This document shows positions 35,616 to 45,991 of a DNA stretch of 58,740 nt, in pieces. Made by a program: the position numbers and the translations under genes. Below the pieces are notes generated by a model. It saw only the letters and a list, made by a program, of their open reading frames with translations. It did no database searches and had not been told where the DNA came from. Source of the DNA: a virus (taxonomy: Duplodnaviria; Caudoviricetes). Each line of letters begins with the position of its first letter. The first letter of the stretch is position 1. The DNA is taken from positions 1 through 58,740 of the IMG/VR virus record IMGVR_UViG_3300046170_000273; one strand, given 5' to 3'.

Positions 35616-36402
35616 ACAGTTTACCGAATAATCCGCCGATACCTAAAGCTGTACTTAAACCTGTTGCAAATGGACTACTCTGAGGTAATGGTGCAGACAT
35701 AGCTCCTAATGCTGCAGCTTGGTTAATACCTGTTCCATATTGTTGTAGTCTTTGGTACGGCTCGTAAGCTGCTGTTCTTGCAGCGTCGGCATCTGCTTGT
35801 AGTTGTTGTTGATTTAATCCTTGTCTAAATGCCCCAAGGTTACCTTGTGTAGCAACATCTCCTGCTAGACCGGCTCTTTGGAAATTAGATAATGCAAATT
35901 GATTTTGTAAATCTGACGCTCTTCTTGCTGTTGCATCTTGAAAAGCTTGTTGTTGTAATTGTGCTGCAATACCTGTTCTAGCTGCTGTAGTATCAGCCAT
36001 GTATTGTCCTTCTAATGCACCTTGTCTACCACCACCGAATGCACCTGACGTGTAAGCATTTTGACCTATCTGTTGCATACCTGCTTGTCTAGATAAATCA
36101 AATTGTCTTAAAGATTCATCTATAACACCTGTTTGATATGGTGACATAAATGATGCGATAGAACCTGCGCTGCCTGCTCCTCCGGCCCCGGTTCCTGTTA
36201 AAGTCTGTGCTTGTGTTAAGTATGGTTGATAAGATCCTAGACCAGCTGTAGCGTCCTGTATTGCTGATGTTTGTAATGGGTCTGCTCCTGCAACAAAAGA
36301 TCTACCTGTAAATGTACCTGTATTAATAGGTGCCGACGTTGTAGCGGTGAGCTGTCGTGCGTAATCTTTTCCTGCTTCTTGTAAATAATCTGGTAATGCC
36401 AT
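35608..36402 (-). CDS. Gln/Ala-rich DNA transfer (pilot/ejection) protein
   Basis: FMSPY, GAFGGGR, Q-rich, hydrophobic Gly C-terminus. Confidence 0.75.
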   Translation of the reverse strand: MALPDYLQEAGKDYARQLTATTSAPINTGTFTGRSFVAGADPLQTSAIQDATAGLGSYQPYLTQAQTLTGTGAGGAGSAGSIASFMSPYQTGVIDESLRQFDLSRQAGMQQIGQNAYTSGAFGGGRQGALEGQYMADTTAARTGIAAQLQQQAFQDATARRASDLQNQFALSNFQRAGLAGDVATQGNLGAFRQGLNQQQLQADADAARTAAYEPYQRLQQYGTGINQAAALGAMSAPLPQSSPFATGLSTALGIGGLFGKLYG

Positions 36403-37703
36403 TATTCTATTCTATTCTCCAACATTTGTGATTGATCGAACATTTCTTGTGCAGGATTTTCCATGCCCTGGGACTCTTCTGATATATTACCACCAGATTC
36501 TAGATTGTCCATCATATTTTGCATAACTTCTGCACCTTTGTCTATGTCGCCACCACCTGCATTTCTTACAGCGTCTGCTGTAAATACAAATTCATTCTTG
36601 CTGAGTCTAGCTGGCACATCGTCCGCTCTTTCCTCAGCTCCTAGTGGTACAAAACCACCCTCTCTGTAATCTTTTTCAAGACCACCCATGTCCATAATAC
36701 CGCCTTCGGCTTTTCTATCTCTTAAAGCATCATAAATCATTTTATCGTCACCACCTGAATATAGATCATCATAGCTACCCATGAAATTATCTATATCATC
36801 ACCACCTAATTTTAGTCTTTTAGCTACGATCTCAAGAGCTCCTTCATCTAAAGCATTAATTGCATAACTACCATCTTCTGCTTTAGTAATATCAAAACCT
36901 TCTTGAATTAATTCTTCCATAACTTTTGCAGCTTTGCCTGACTTAGGTGTTACAAAAACATCTTGACCAACAGCTTGTGCTTGTAATCCTGCATCTGTCA
37001 TAACATCTTCATCTCTAACACTAATGTTTATATCTGCATCATCAAATAATGATTTAACTTTTTTAACTCCACCTCTTATTGCATTCATAATACCGCCACC
37101 AAGTCTATAACCTGGTCTAGCTAGTCCACCATCAGCGTAGAAAGAACTTTGTACAGCTGACTTAGGAGGCATAAAGTATAATGCAGAGTTTGTTGGATCG
37201 TTATAATATTTTCTAGCTTGATTTCTTACATCTTCTATCATTGGCTGTGCCATAGTAAAAGGTGTACCTTCATCAACTTCTTCTTCACCCATAAAAAATG
37301 GTGCTGCTACTGCTGCTCCTGCACCTAGTCCACCTAATATTCTAGGTATACTAAACTTAGCTCCTTCTTTACCACCTACTCTAAATAAATCTCCTAGTGT
37401 ACTAAACTTACCACCTTGTCCAAGTAATGCACCAATACCCCCAGTGTTTCCAAAAATACCAGAAGCTGCACCACCTAATCTTGCTCTACCAAGTAGTCCA
37501 CCAAACTGTGTGCCAGGCATACCAAACATCATGGCTCCTGTTAAAGCTGCTTTACCTAATGGTGATTTAACAACTTTCTTTACAGTTTTTCCAATTTTTT
37601 TTACAATCTTACCTAGAAAATATCCTTGTCTCGGCTCTTCGAGTGTCATAAGTCCACCCATATTACGAAGTTGTCTTTCCATATTCATTCTTGAAATTGC
37701 CAT
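36402..37703 (-). CDS. Internal virion protein with multiple xxGG tags and C-terminal DDVPARLSKNEFVFT module
   Basis: 433 aa. Confidence 0.75.
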   Translation of the reverse strand: MAISRMNMERQLRNMGGLMTLEEPRQGYFLGKIVKKIGKTVKKVVKSPLGKAALTGAMMFGMPGTQFGGLLGRARLGGAASGIFGNTGGIGALLGQGGKFSTLGDLFRVGGKEGAKFSIPRILGGLGAGAAVAAPFFMGEEEVDEGTPFTMAQPMIEDVRNQARKYYNDPTNSALYFMPPKSAVQSSFYADGGLARPGYRLGGGIMNAIRGGVKKVKSLFDDADINISVRDEDVMTDAGLQAQAVGQDVFVTPKSGKAAKVMEELIQEGFDITKAEDGSYAINALDEGALEIVAKRLKLGGDDIDNFMGSYDDLYSGGDDKMIYDALRDRKAEGGIMDMGGLEKDYREGGFVPLGAEERADDVPARLSKNEFVFTADAVRNAGGGDIDKGAEVMQNMMDNLESGGNISEESQGMENPAQEMFDQSQMLENRIE

Positions 37704-37737
37704 AATCTTACCTTTTTATAGTCTTTTTCTCTTATAA

Positions 37738-38859
37738 TCAATCATATATATCTACTAGATCTGCTAGTCCACCGTCCATATAATCAGTTCTTCCTTTACC
37801 AGTTCTATTACTTACAGGACCACCTGTTGTTGCATTGGTACCAAATCCTTGGCCTGAATCATAAGATTGCTGGCCATCACTACCTAATCCATAGTTAGTT
37901 GCTCCATGTATAGTAGGGTCATATTGTCTTGCTGATTCTGCTCTAGATTCGGCTGCTTTTCTTTCAGCTTCTATTCTAGCATTTCTTTCTGCAGTTTTTC
38001 TATCTAAATCTCTTCTTATTGTTTGTTGTTTGTAGAAATTATATTTAGCTAAATTCATTTTGTTCATCTTATTAGCGTACGCTGCATTTGGACCTTCAAA
38101 CATTCCTGTTTCAGGATTAAATGTTGCACCAGCATATTGTGATTTGCTACCAATTTTTCCAGTTGGACTTAAAACGTCACCAAGACTACCATATTTATCT
38201 CCAACATATTCTGCATAGTTACCGAATCCAGATCTAACATTTATTCCAAAAGGATCTTTACTTAATCCTGAATCATTTGGACCAAATACTGTTGGACCTT
38301 TGTAGCCCATATTCATATTAATAAATTCTTGATCGGCATAAGGTAATGAACCAAACCTATCCATTTTACTCATTAAAAAACTTACTGGACCTAGGCCGCC
38401 TGCTTTACCCATTAAATTTTGAATACCGCCTGTGACATTTCCTAACGCATTTTGAACTCTACCTGCTGTAGTTAGTTCTAAAGGAACATCAGTTCCTGTT
38501 CCAATATACTCACCCATATCCGGACCTGTTAATTCTTGTTGTCTATAACTCGGCATACCCATGAAAGTTTTATCAACTTTACTTTGATATAGATTATCTA
38601 CATTAGGTGTATCTTGATTGTTAAAATATTTATCTGATGTATATTTATAAAAATTATTATAGTCCATCATTGGAGAACCAGCCTGTAATGTTCCGCCTCC
38701 ACCACCTGAACCACCTGGTTGATATATAGCAGGTAGACCTGAAGGAACTTTGTTTTCATCTCCTGATGGTACTTGAAATGGATTTAATAGATATTGACTT
38801 TGAGGTATGTATTTATACCCTGCATCATATACCGATTGATCGTATGGACTTAAAACCAT
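37738..38859 (-). CDS. Putative internal virion protein ending YMDGGLADLV
   Basis: 373 aa. Confidence 0.75.
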   Translation of the reverse strand: MVLSPYDQSVYDAGYKYIPQSQYLLNPFQVPSGDENKVPSGLPAIYQPGGSGGGGGTLQAGSPMMDYNNFYKYTSDKYFNNQDTPNVDNLYQSKVDKTFMGMPSYRQQELTGPDMGEYIGTGTDVPLELTTAGRVQNALGNVTGGIQNLMGKAGGLGPVSFLMSKMDRFGSLPYADQEFINMNMGYKGPTVFGPNDSGLSKDPFGINVRSGFGNYAEYVGDKYGSLGDVLSPTGKIGSKSQYAGATFNPETGMFEGPNAAYANKMNKMNLAKYNFYKQQTIRRDLDRKTAERNARIEAERKAAESRAESARQYDPTIHGATNYGLGSDGQQSYDSGQGFGTNATTGGPVSNRTGKGRTDYMDGGLADLVDIYD

Positions 38860-39101
38860 TATTCTGACCCTGCTCCTAATGGCGGCATTGCCGCAACTTT
38901 TATTTTTACAGATCTAACTACATGTTCTTTTTGTGTGGCTGTATCTGGATTTGCAATATCATCTTCTGCTTCTTTGTCTGAATTATACTCGTAATTAGTT
39001 TCCTTGTTTCTTAGAACTACTTCTGTTTCACATTTTACAACAGGTACTTTTTTACCATTTATGTATGTGTATGCTACTTCACCTTCTTCTATAAACGCCA
39101 T
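38859..39101 (-). CDS. Hypothetical protein
   Basis: 80 aa, AGGAG SD. Confidence 0.7.
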   Translation of the reverse strand: MAFIEEGEVAYTYINGKKVPVVKCETEVVLRNKETNYEYNSDKEAEDDIANPDTATQKEHVVRSVKIKVAAMPPLGAGSE

Positions 39102-39109
39102 GACTTCTC

Positions 39110-39439
39110 CTATTCTCTGTTTATCTCTAATATTGATGCAATAATATGTAATTCATTTGCATCTGCTGCTTGTGCCTTTAATACCTCATTTTCTTGTAAA
39201 ATTAAAGGATGAGTTAACAGCTCTGTTGTTGCTTTTGAGGCTATTGCTTTGTCTTTAAACAAATTAAATACTGCTGCAGCAGCATTTGTTATTGTAAAAG
39301 TTACCGTGGTCCCTGATCCAGCATCTTCAGACACTATAAGACTTTTAATTATGGCTCTAGAATCAGATGGTGCTGTGTACACTACAGTATTATCTGTAGT
39401 GCTTAGATCTATTAATGAGTTTTTATATATATTAGCCAC
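39110..39439 (-). CDS. Small beta-rich tail/structural protein
   Basis: 109 aa. Confidence 0.7.
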   Translation of the reverse strand: MANIYKNSLIDLSTTDNTVVYTAPSDSRAIIKSLIVSEDAGSGTTVTFTITNAAAAVFNLFKDKAIASKATTELLTHPLILQENEVLKAQAADANELHIIASILEINRE

Positions 39440-39599
39440 TTATAAACCAAGAAAATCTTTCTTGCTCCTGTTTTTGTTCGTCTAAAAATGTAGAGTTTAA
39501 TTGTTCTACAATTAAAGCAACTGCTCTGTTAATTTGTTTTTGATTAGATTCATCGTATTCTTTTTTTGGTTCTGGTAATCTTATTACTATTTTAGCCAT
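39432..39599 (-). CDS. Small tail-associated protein
   Basis: MAKIVIRLPEPKKEY, TAATG-coupled to the previous gene. Confidence 0.65.
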   Translation of the reverse strand: MAKIVIRLPEPKKEYDESNQKQINRAVALIVEQLNSTFLDEQKQEQERFSWFISG

Positions 39600-41539
39600 T
39601 ATCTTCTCCCGTCTGGTTGTACGTCTAATCTCATAGTTCCAAATCTCCAAGATTCACTAACATCGGTATTTGCTATTTTTATATTAACAAAACGCCCTCT
39701 TGCCCTAGTATCTTTTTTCTGAGTAGAAGTTGTAATAGTAAAAGGACTTAGTGCTGTTGTTGTTTGTGAGTCAGATGGATATCTTTTAACTGCAAGCGTT
39801 ACTTTTGCATTTCCTGCAAGATCTTTAAAGTCAGGTAAAAATCTTCTAACTGCAAGAAAAACATCGCCTGCTACAGCATATGCTTGACCTCTAGTTCTTT
39901 GTTGAAGATCATAATCATAAGATTGTATAAATGATGTGACAGTTGTTGTGCTACCATCAGGATTAACTTGATCAGTTCCTACTTCGTGTTCAAATAAAGT
40001 AGTTTGCCCGAGCCCTGATTCTCCGACAATGACCGGAAAGGTTCCTGTAGAACTGTCATTAAATTTAGTTGCAATAGGATTAGGATATACAGTTGCATCA
40101 ATCCAAGTTGTTCTAGCTTCTGTGCCTATGTACCAAACTCCTCCTGGTATTCTAGGTCCACTTTCTCCATAATTAAATATAACATATTGATCATTGTATT
40201 CAGAGTTTGTTGATGGATAATACCAAGTTACTTCTGTGTATTGATTATTTAAACCTGCATATACTTGTTGTCCTTTTGTTGTATCTGCTTGATCATAAAC
40301 ATAATCTTCAACAGTGCATGGTAATGATTTAACTGTACCATCAAACGCAAAGAAACCGTTTGTAGACATCCAATAAGCTACACCATCTATTTCAACAGCT
40401 GCATTCTTACCAATCAATCCACAGTTTGTACCAACTTGTTCAAATCCAAATGTGAAAGGAGCACCAATAAATTTCATGGTGTACAATGCATTGTCTGTCC
40501 AAACTAGAATAGTTTCTTTTGCTTTCAAAGCACCAATAATTTTTGTACCATCTTGAAGTCTTTGTGTACCTGCAGAGTTAATTGCAGTTACTGTATAATC
40601 ATTTATATCTTCTTGTTCTGAAAATCTTATAAACATATCATCTTGTGTTGATGGTGTACCGATTGTTGTTTCAGTTCCTAGATGAATTAAGTGACGTGTT
40701 GTTGGTGATACTAATGTCACCCTTGTTGCAGTTGGATTATTTGTAGTTACAAAACCAGATGTAGCTGTTGATGCTCTTACTGTTAAAGGATCTGTAGCTC
40801 CTGCATTCCAAGTAAATGTTTTACCATTTGCAATTGTTGCAACAAGAACTTGACCAAAATTACTTAATGACCATAGGCCTGGTTCTAGTGTTACGTCTGT
40901 TGCAGAAGAGGCTTCACCCCATTTACCTGCTGACCAAGTATCTGTACCCCAACCATAACCGTATGATTGTGCAGCTGGACCTACTGTCTCATAAGGTTTA
41001 ACATCCATGCTACCACCTGTAGTTACAGTTGCAGATGCGTTAGAACTTTGTGTGATTGTAAATATACTTGAACTTGTAACACTTGTTACTTGAAATAATT
41101 TATCTTCAAAATCTGAATCAGAATAACCAGTACCTGATGGTAAAGTTACGTTATCTAATAATACAATATCTCCTGCTACTAGGTTATGACTTGTTTTTGT
41201 AATAGAACAAACTGCCGAACCCGATGTTGTTGCAAGAGTGCAAGAACCTAGTGTAGTTTTTAAAGGCGTAACATCATATAGCTGTCCTTCAAAATAAATA
41301 AGTAGAAACTTGTCTGTTCCAATAGCAACATATCTATTACCTGCTAAATCAACAAATGCAAATTCACGTCTTGCAACACCAACAATTGTATCTGTAATAA
41401 GTGAAGACCAACCACCAACTTTTTCTGGTAGCATATATCTAAATCGTACGTTGTCACAATCTACCCAACGTTGTTCAGCGCCTACTGTTGTATTTTGTTT
41501 GTCAATTCCTGGAACAAATTGAAAATCAAGAAGAGCCAT
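39599..41539 (-). CDS. Tail stabilisation/nozzle protein (P22 gp10/T7 gp12-like)
   Basis: 646 aa beta-rich; NVRF..PEKVGGW, IRFS.QE, NCG, RARGR motifs. Confidence 0.75.
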   Translation of the reverse strand: MALLDFQFVPGIDKQNTTVGAEQRWVDCDNVRFRYMLPEKVGGWSSLITDTIVGVARREFAFVDLAGNRYVAIGTDKFLLIYFEGQLYDVTPLKTTLGSCTLATTSGSAVCSITKTSHNLVAGDIVLLDNVTLPSGTGYSDSDFEDKLFQVTSVTSSSIFTITQSSNASATVTTGGSMDVKPYETVGPAAQSYGYGWGTDTWSAGKWGEASSATDVTLEPGLWSLSNFGQVLVATIANGKTFTWNAGATDPLTVRASTATSGFVTTNNPTATRVTLVSPTTRHLIHLGTETTIGTPSTQDDMFIRFSEQEDINDYTVTAINSAGTQRLQDGTKIIGALKAKETILVWTDNALYTMKFIGAPFTFGFEQVGTNCGLIGKNAAVEIDGVAYWMSTNGFFAFDGTVKSLPCTVEDYVYDQADTTKGQQVYAGLNNQYTEVTWYYPSTNSEYNDQYVIFNYGESGPRIPGGVWYIGTEARTTWIDATVYPNPIATKFNDSSTGTFPVIVGESGLGQTTLFEHEVGTDQVNPDGSTTTVTSFIQSYDYDLQQRTRGQAYAVAGDVFLAVRRFLPDFKDLAGNAKVTLAVKRYPSDSQTTTALSPFTITTSTQKKDTRARGRFVNIKIANTDVSESWRFGTMRLDVQPDGRR

Positions 41540-41549
41540 TTTTTAGCTC

Positions 41550-42270
41550 CTATATTTTATCTTTGTATACCCAGCCTCTCGTTGCATTAACATATACTAA
41601 CGTGAAGGCTGAAGCATTGGCTGAAACAACTAGATCTGAACTAGATCCATTTATATTAGAACTGTTTCTTCCAATTGTTAAGTTGTTAGATGCAAGGTTA
41701 TTACCACTATCGATAAATGTAACTTCATTTCCTATAGCTGGAGATGCGGGTAAATTGATAGTGATTGCAGTACCAATACCACTTCCAGAAGTATCTATTA
41801 ACACTTGGTCACCATTAACTGTAGTGTATGTAGTCGTTGGTGTGTAATATCCTTTTGTCTGTAGTTTTCCTGTAATATTTGTACCATCTGAATACAGCAC
41901 TGTTGTCGATCCAACCGGTAAAGCTAGCCCGGTTCCCTGATACAGTTTTAACTGTAAGAGTGTAGTTACTAGATGATCTAGCTGTAGCATCTTCTACAAT
42001 AAAAACTCTTTCTGCAGAGTCTGGCATTGTGACTGTTCTGTTAGCAGTTAGTGTGCCTGTTAATTTAAAGTATAAATTTTTTCCATTTGCTGTAGCGTGA
42101 TTAGCTAAAGATAGAGCAACGTCTGCTCCACCTACTGCTAATGATAAATAGCCTGATGCTGCTTGTTCTAATATCTGTAAATTTGTATTTGTAATAGTAC
42201 CCCAGGTTCCTGATTTCTCACCTGTAGTAATTAATTCTAGTTTTAAGTCGCTCGATGTACTTGACGCCAT
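41550..42270 (-). CDS. Tail/fibre-base protein, one +1 frameshift near 41935 (probable error)
   Basis: MASSTSSDLKLELITTGEKSGTWG joins ...LPASPAIGNEV...NATRGW. Confidence 0.7.
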
Positions 42271-42279
42271 ATGTTTCTC

Positions 42280-42598
42280 CTACGGATTGTTCGGGTCAAT
42301 AGGTATCCAGGTACCAGTTGCTCCTGGAACTATCGGGTTCCATGATATCACAGAAGAGGTGCCACTTGCAAGGTTTATTCTTACTCCTGTTAAGGCTACT
42401 GTTTTACCTATTTTGATAACAGCATTACCTACTGTTATTTCTATTTCATTACCACTCGGTAATATTCTGGCAGAGGCTGTAATACCTACTGTTCCAGGTG
42501 CTTACATTAACCCTGTTTCCTGTTAAACTAACAAATACACTTACACCACCTGGATCGGCGAATGGTGCTCCAGCAAATGTGCTTCCTCCAAAATACAT
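42280..42598 (-). CDS. Virion structural protein, one +1 frameshift
   Basis: MYFGGSTFAGAPF...WIPIDPNNP; 319 nt; paralog of the next gene. Confidence 0.6.
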
Positions 42599-42601
42599 AG
42601 T

Positions 42602-43320
42602 TTATCCTAATGATGTTTGTACTGGAGTCCAAGTCATGCTAGCTCCCGGTACAACACCGTCCCATTTTTTAATTAATACAGAACCATCTGCAACATTTAT
42701 TCTGCTGCCATCTGGAGTAACTGTTGCTTTTGCTACAATCGTCACGGTTCCTGTTGAAAGATTTTGTCTATTGGTTGTAACAGTTACAGTTGCATTTGCT
42801 GCAGTTGTTACATTTCCTACTGCTACATCTACTCTACTACCTGTAACAGATAAGTTTGCATCTGCTGTAATCGTTACAGATCCTGTGCTAACATCTACTC
42901 TAGAACCGTTTGGTAATACGGTTGCTTTACCAATTGTTGTAACACTTCCTGTAGCTAGCTTCTATTCTAGATCCTTTAGCAGCATATTCAAAAGCAATGA
43001 TTGCGTGTGCCTGTATTTAAATTTACTCTAGATCCGGTTAGTGCTGTTACTGCTTTTGCAACAATAGTTGGATCACCACTAGATACATTGATACGACTAC
43101 CATCTGGAGATACAATAACACCTGTACCCTCTATAATCGTTACATTTCCAATAGTAAAATTAAGTCTACTTCCTGTAACAGTTAAGTTAGCATTACCTAC
43201 TAAACCTACTGTGCCTGTTGATTCATTAATTCTAGATCCACTTACACTAACAAATGCGTTAGGGTTAAATCCTGAATCTCCAAAAGGTGCTCCTGCAAAG
43301 GTAGTTCCGCCAAAAAACAT
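42602..43320 (-). CDS. Beta-repeat virion structural protein, frameshifted near 42950-43010
   Basis: MFFGGTTFAGAPF; repeated xTGSR(I/V) units; ends WTPVQTSLG. Confidence 0.65.
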
Positions 43321-43338
43321 ATATTATAATCCTTAAAA

Positions 43339-43374
43339 GGAGACTGTGCGGTATGTGGTGGTGACACAGTCTCC
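43339..43374 (-). terminator. Hairpin between the oxygenase cluster and structural genes
   Basis: GGAGACTGTG/CACAGTCTCC 10-bp stem followed on minus by CTTTT. Confidence 0.55.
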
Positions 43375-43388
43375 ATCTAAGGATTATA

Positions 43389-44042
43389 TTACTTTTTAAA
43401 CCAACTTGGAAGTCCTAAATAAGGTCTTCTATCATACATGTTTTGATCAGCACCTTTAGATTTTTGATCATTATAATGAAGAAAAACTTGAGCGCAGTCA
43501 TCTCCTTGAAACTCTTCTCTCCAATGTTCTAATTCCATACCCCTGTAAACCAACATATCACCAGGTTTTAAAATAATAGAAATACCTTTATTATTACTAT
43601 TTACAGTAATTTTTTTACCATCGGGTATACCTACATTTTTCTTAGGTTCTAAATGTATAGGCCAAGGATCTCCACCAAGATTTAAAGTTGTAGATATCTC
43701 ACAACTAAATCTGTCTTTGTGTCTTTTAAGAACATCTCCAGCTTTATAAATTCTTGCATAAGAATATGTTGGATTTAACTTAAGTCCTGTCTTCTTTTGC
43801 ATTATATAAAGAGTTCTAATTAACAAAGTTTCCATAACTAAATCTGAATAGTGAGAATACGTATTTGGAACTTGTTCATCTGCCCACGTTCCCCATTCCT
43901 CTGTAAATTGAGAGATATATCTTTGATCAAATAAAGTTCTTGCAACTTTTCTTTTTAATAAAAAATAATTATATGCGAACTCTGCTAATACTTTTGGTAC
44001 AGCTTCTTTGATAACTATATATTTATTTTTTTTGAAGCTCAT
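43389..44042 (-). CDS. 2OG-Fe(II) oxygenase
   Basis: HKD...HWRE...QVFLHY. Confidence 0.85.
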   Translation of the reverse strand: MSFKKNKYIVIKEAVPKVLAEFAYNYFLLKRKVARTLFDQRYISQFTEEWGTWADEQVPNTYSHYSDLVMETLLIRTLYIMQKKTGLKLNPTYSYARIYKAGDVLKRHKDRFSCEISTTLNLGGDPWPIHLEPKKNVGIPDGKKITVNSNNKGISIILKPGDMLVYRGMELEHWREEFQGDDCAQVFLHYNDQKSKGADQNMYDRRPYLGLPSWFKK

Positions 44043-44760
44043 CTTTTTGACTCCTTTCTTTTGATATTGTTGTTTCAACAACTTTAATATTAAAATGTAT
44101 AAATCTAAAAGGATCTAATCCTGCATCGACTGCAAACTCGTGAGGGACATAACCTGGAAATATAATCATCGTTCCTGGCTTAGGTCTATAATGCACTTGA
44201 TCTGTACCCATTGTAATTTGTGATGGATTTTTTAAAGGTAGCTTTGTCATTTCTGCACCGGGTCTTGGTTCGTGAAAGATAGGATAAGATGTTTTTTCAC
44301 TACACTTTAAAAAATAGAATCCTGATACGTGTTGATTCCAATGTTGATGTGTAGAGTGATGACCACCACCTCTTTTACTAAATTCTTGTACCCAAAATTC
44401 TGTAAAGTGTAAGCTGTGATTTCTTAAATCAAAACCTTGCCAATCTAAAAACTCATAGGATCGTTGACCAATGAACTCTACTAGATCTTTAGCTTTAGGG
44501 TCTTGTGAAAAACTTTCACTATGATTAGATAAACCAAAATCTCCTATTTCTTTTTTCCATTTAGGATCATTTTTCATTTTATCTTTTAATAATTTCTCAC
44601 CTTTTTTTAAATACTTATCTGTTAGTTTAATTGCATTTTTTAAAAACATTGGAGCTTCTGCAATCCATACTGGTGTTTGAAAATAAAACGCAGATTTAAA
44701 ATCTACGTGTCCTTTTGGTTTTGGTAATGTGCTACTACCACCTTGTTTTATATCATTCAT
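44023..44760 (-). CDS. 2OG-Fe(II) oxygenase (TIGR02466-like)
   Basis: HQH..SGFYFL...FPGYVPH...R.IHFN. Confidence 0.85.
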   Translation of the reverse strand: MNDIKQGGSSTLPKPKGHVDFKSAFYFQTPVWIAEAPMFLKNAIKLTDKYLKKGEKLLKDKMKNDPKWKKEIGDFGLSNHSESFSQDPKAKDLVEFIGQRSYEFLDWQGFDLRNHSLHFTEFWVQEFSKRGGGHHSTHQHWNQHVSGFYFLKCSEKTSYPIFHEPRPGAEMTKLPLKNPSQITMGTDQVHYRPKPGTMIIFPGYVPHEFAVDAGLDPFRFIHFNIKVVETTISKERSQKDELQKK

Positions 44761-44761
44761 A

Positions 44762-45409
44762 TTATTTAAATGGATAACCTAGATTCCATATCACTAGACT
44801 ATTCCTCTCTCCTTTAGTTACGGGTTTAACTCTATGCCATACAAATGAAGGGAATACAACCAAAGAGCCTTTTGGTAATATTTCTGTACACGTTCTCATA
44901 TTAGGTTTTTTATCAGGATCTTCATTCCTTAAATCAAACTCTAACTCTCCACCTTTGTATTCTTTTGGATCTGTTAACGTTACGGTTACAGATAATTTTC
45001 TAATCTTTCCTTTTGTTGGACCTTCTTCTGCATAAGGTTTATCCCAACTATCACAGTGCCAATCGTAATATTGCCCCTTTTTTATATATTGTAAACTGAC
45101 AAGATTCAGACCAATCCCATTCAAAATTCCAACCTGCATTTTTATTAGCTTGATGTATATAAGGTTGTATTTCTTTGTAAACCCATCTATCGTTCATCCA
45201 AATAATATTAGAATCTCTTTTCTTTTGTAAATCTTTTTACTTCTTCTTTGTTAAGAGGATTTTTACTTAAATCTCTATCTCTACCAAAGCCACCTGTAAT
45301 GGCCATAATTCTCTCTTTCTTTTTCTGACTTACCATATTTAACAATAAGATCACATATTCTTGGTGGTATTGCAGATTTAAAGTACCAATAGTAATTAGA
45401 TATATTCAT
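44762..45409 (-). CDS. 2OG-Fe(II) oxygenase (prolyl-hydroxylase/PKHD-like), several +1 frameshifts (probable errors)
   Basis: YDWHCD, RKLS, GGEL, FPSFVWHRV.PV..GERNSLV.W; N-terminus MNISNYYWYF in another frame. Confidence 0.8.
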
Positions 45410-45947
45410 AGTTAATTGTTAAAATTATATTTAAGCCATTAGAAGTATTGGGTGAAAAAGAATACTTATTAGTAGCAGGGAACATTATAAAGTGATTATC
45501 TTTTATAGGTAAATGCCAAGTTCTATTTTTTCTTCTGTTATCATCATATTCAATAATACATTCTGAAGAACCTTCTTTAACATCAACACCATAAATAAGT
45601 GTGTAGTCTGGTGAGTTTCGTAAATCAACTGGATCAACTTGATGTCTTGTCCAAGACTTTTCTTTAGGATGCATAACATTGCCGTGCATATTTTTTTGCA
45701 CTAAAGTTCTACCATACTCAACTCTCCAATGATCTCTAACGTAATCTTGCATCCATTGTAAGGGTTGAGAATAAGGTACAACATAATCATCAAAAGCATA
45801 AGCTTGTGGATTAGTGTTAATTCTATTTTTTTTAACAAAAGATTCTATAATGTCGTTTCTTATTTTATCACGATCAATATCAAAGCCTTTAGGCATTTGA
45901 ATTTCACCTGTATATAAGTCTACTTCTGTTAATACTTTCTTGTGCAT
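45396..45947 (-). CDS. Degenerate 2OG-Fe(II) oxygenase-fold protein
   Basis: MFPATNKYSF lacks the distal His. Confidence 0.6.
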   Translation of the reverse strand: MHKKVLTEVDLYTGEIQMPKGFDIDRDKIRNDIIESFVKKNRINTNPQAYAFDDYVVPYSQPLQWMQDYVRDHWRVEYGRTLVQKNMHGNVMHPKEKSWTRHQVDPVDLRNSPDYTLIYGVDVKEGSSECIIEYDDNRRKNRTWHLPIKDNHFIMFPATNKYSFSPNTSNGLNIILTINYEYI

Positions 45948-45991
45948 ACCTATATGATATGTAATTAAATCTAATTAAAATGTCAAGTGTG

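Noticed and set aside
41550-45409. Recoding or phase variation in tail and oxygenase genes (about 41935, 42500, 42950-43010, 45080, 45235, 45310)
   Set aside because: Scattered single-base indels, mostly in homopolymers, in otherwise intact genes; consistent with consensus errors. Raw reads needed to be sure.
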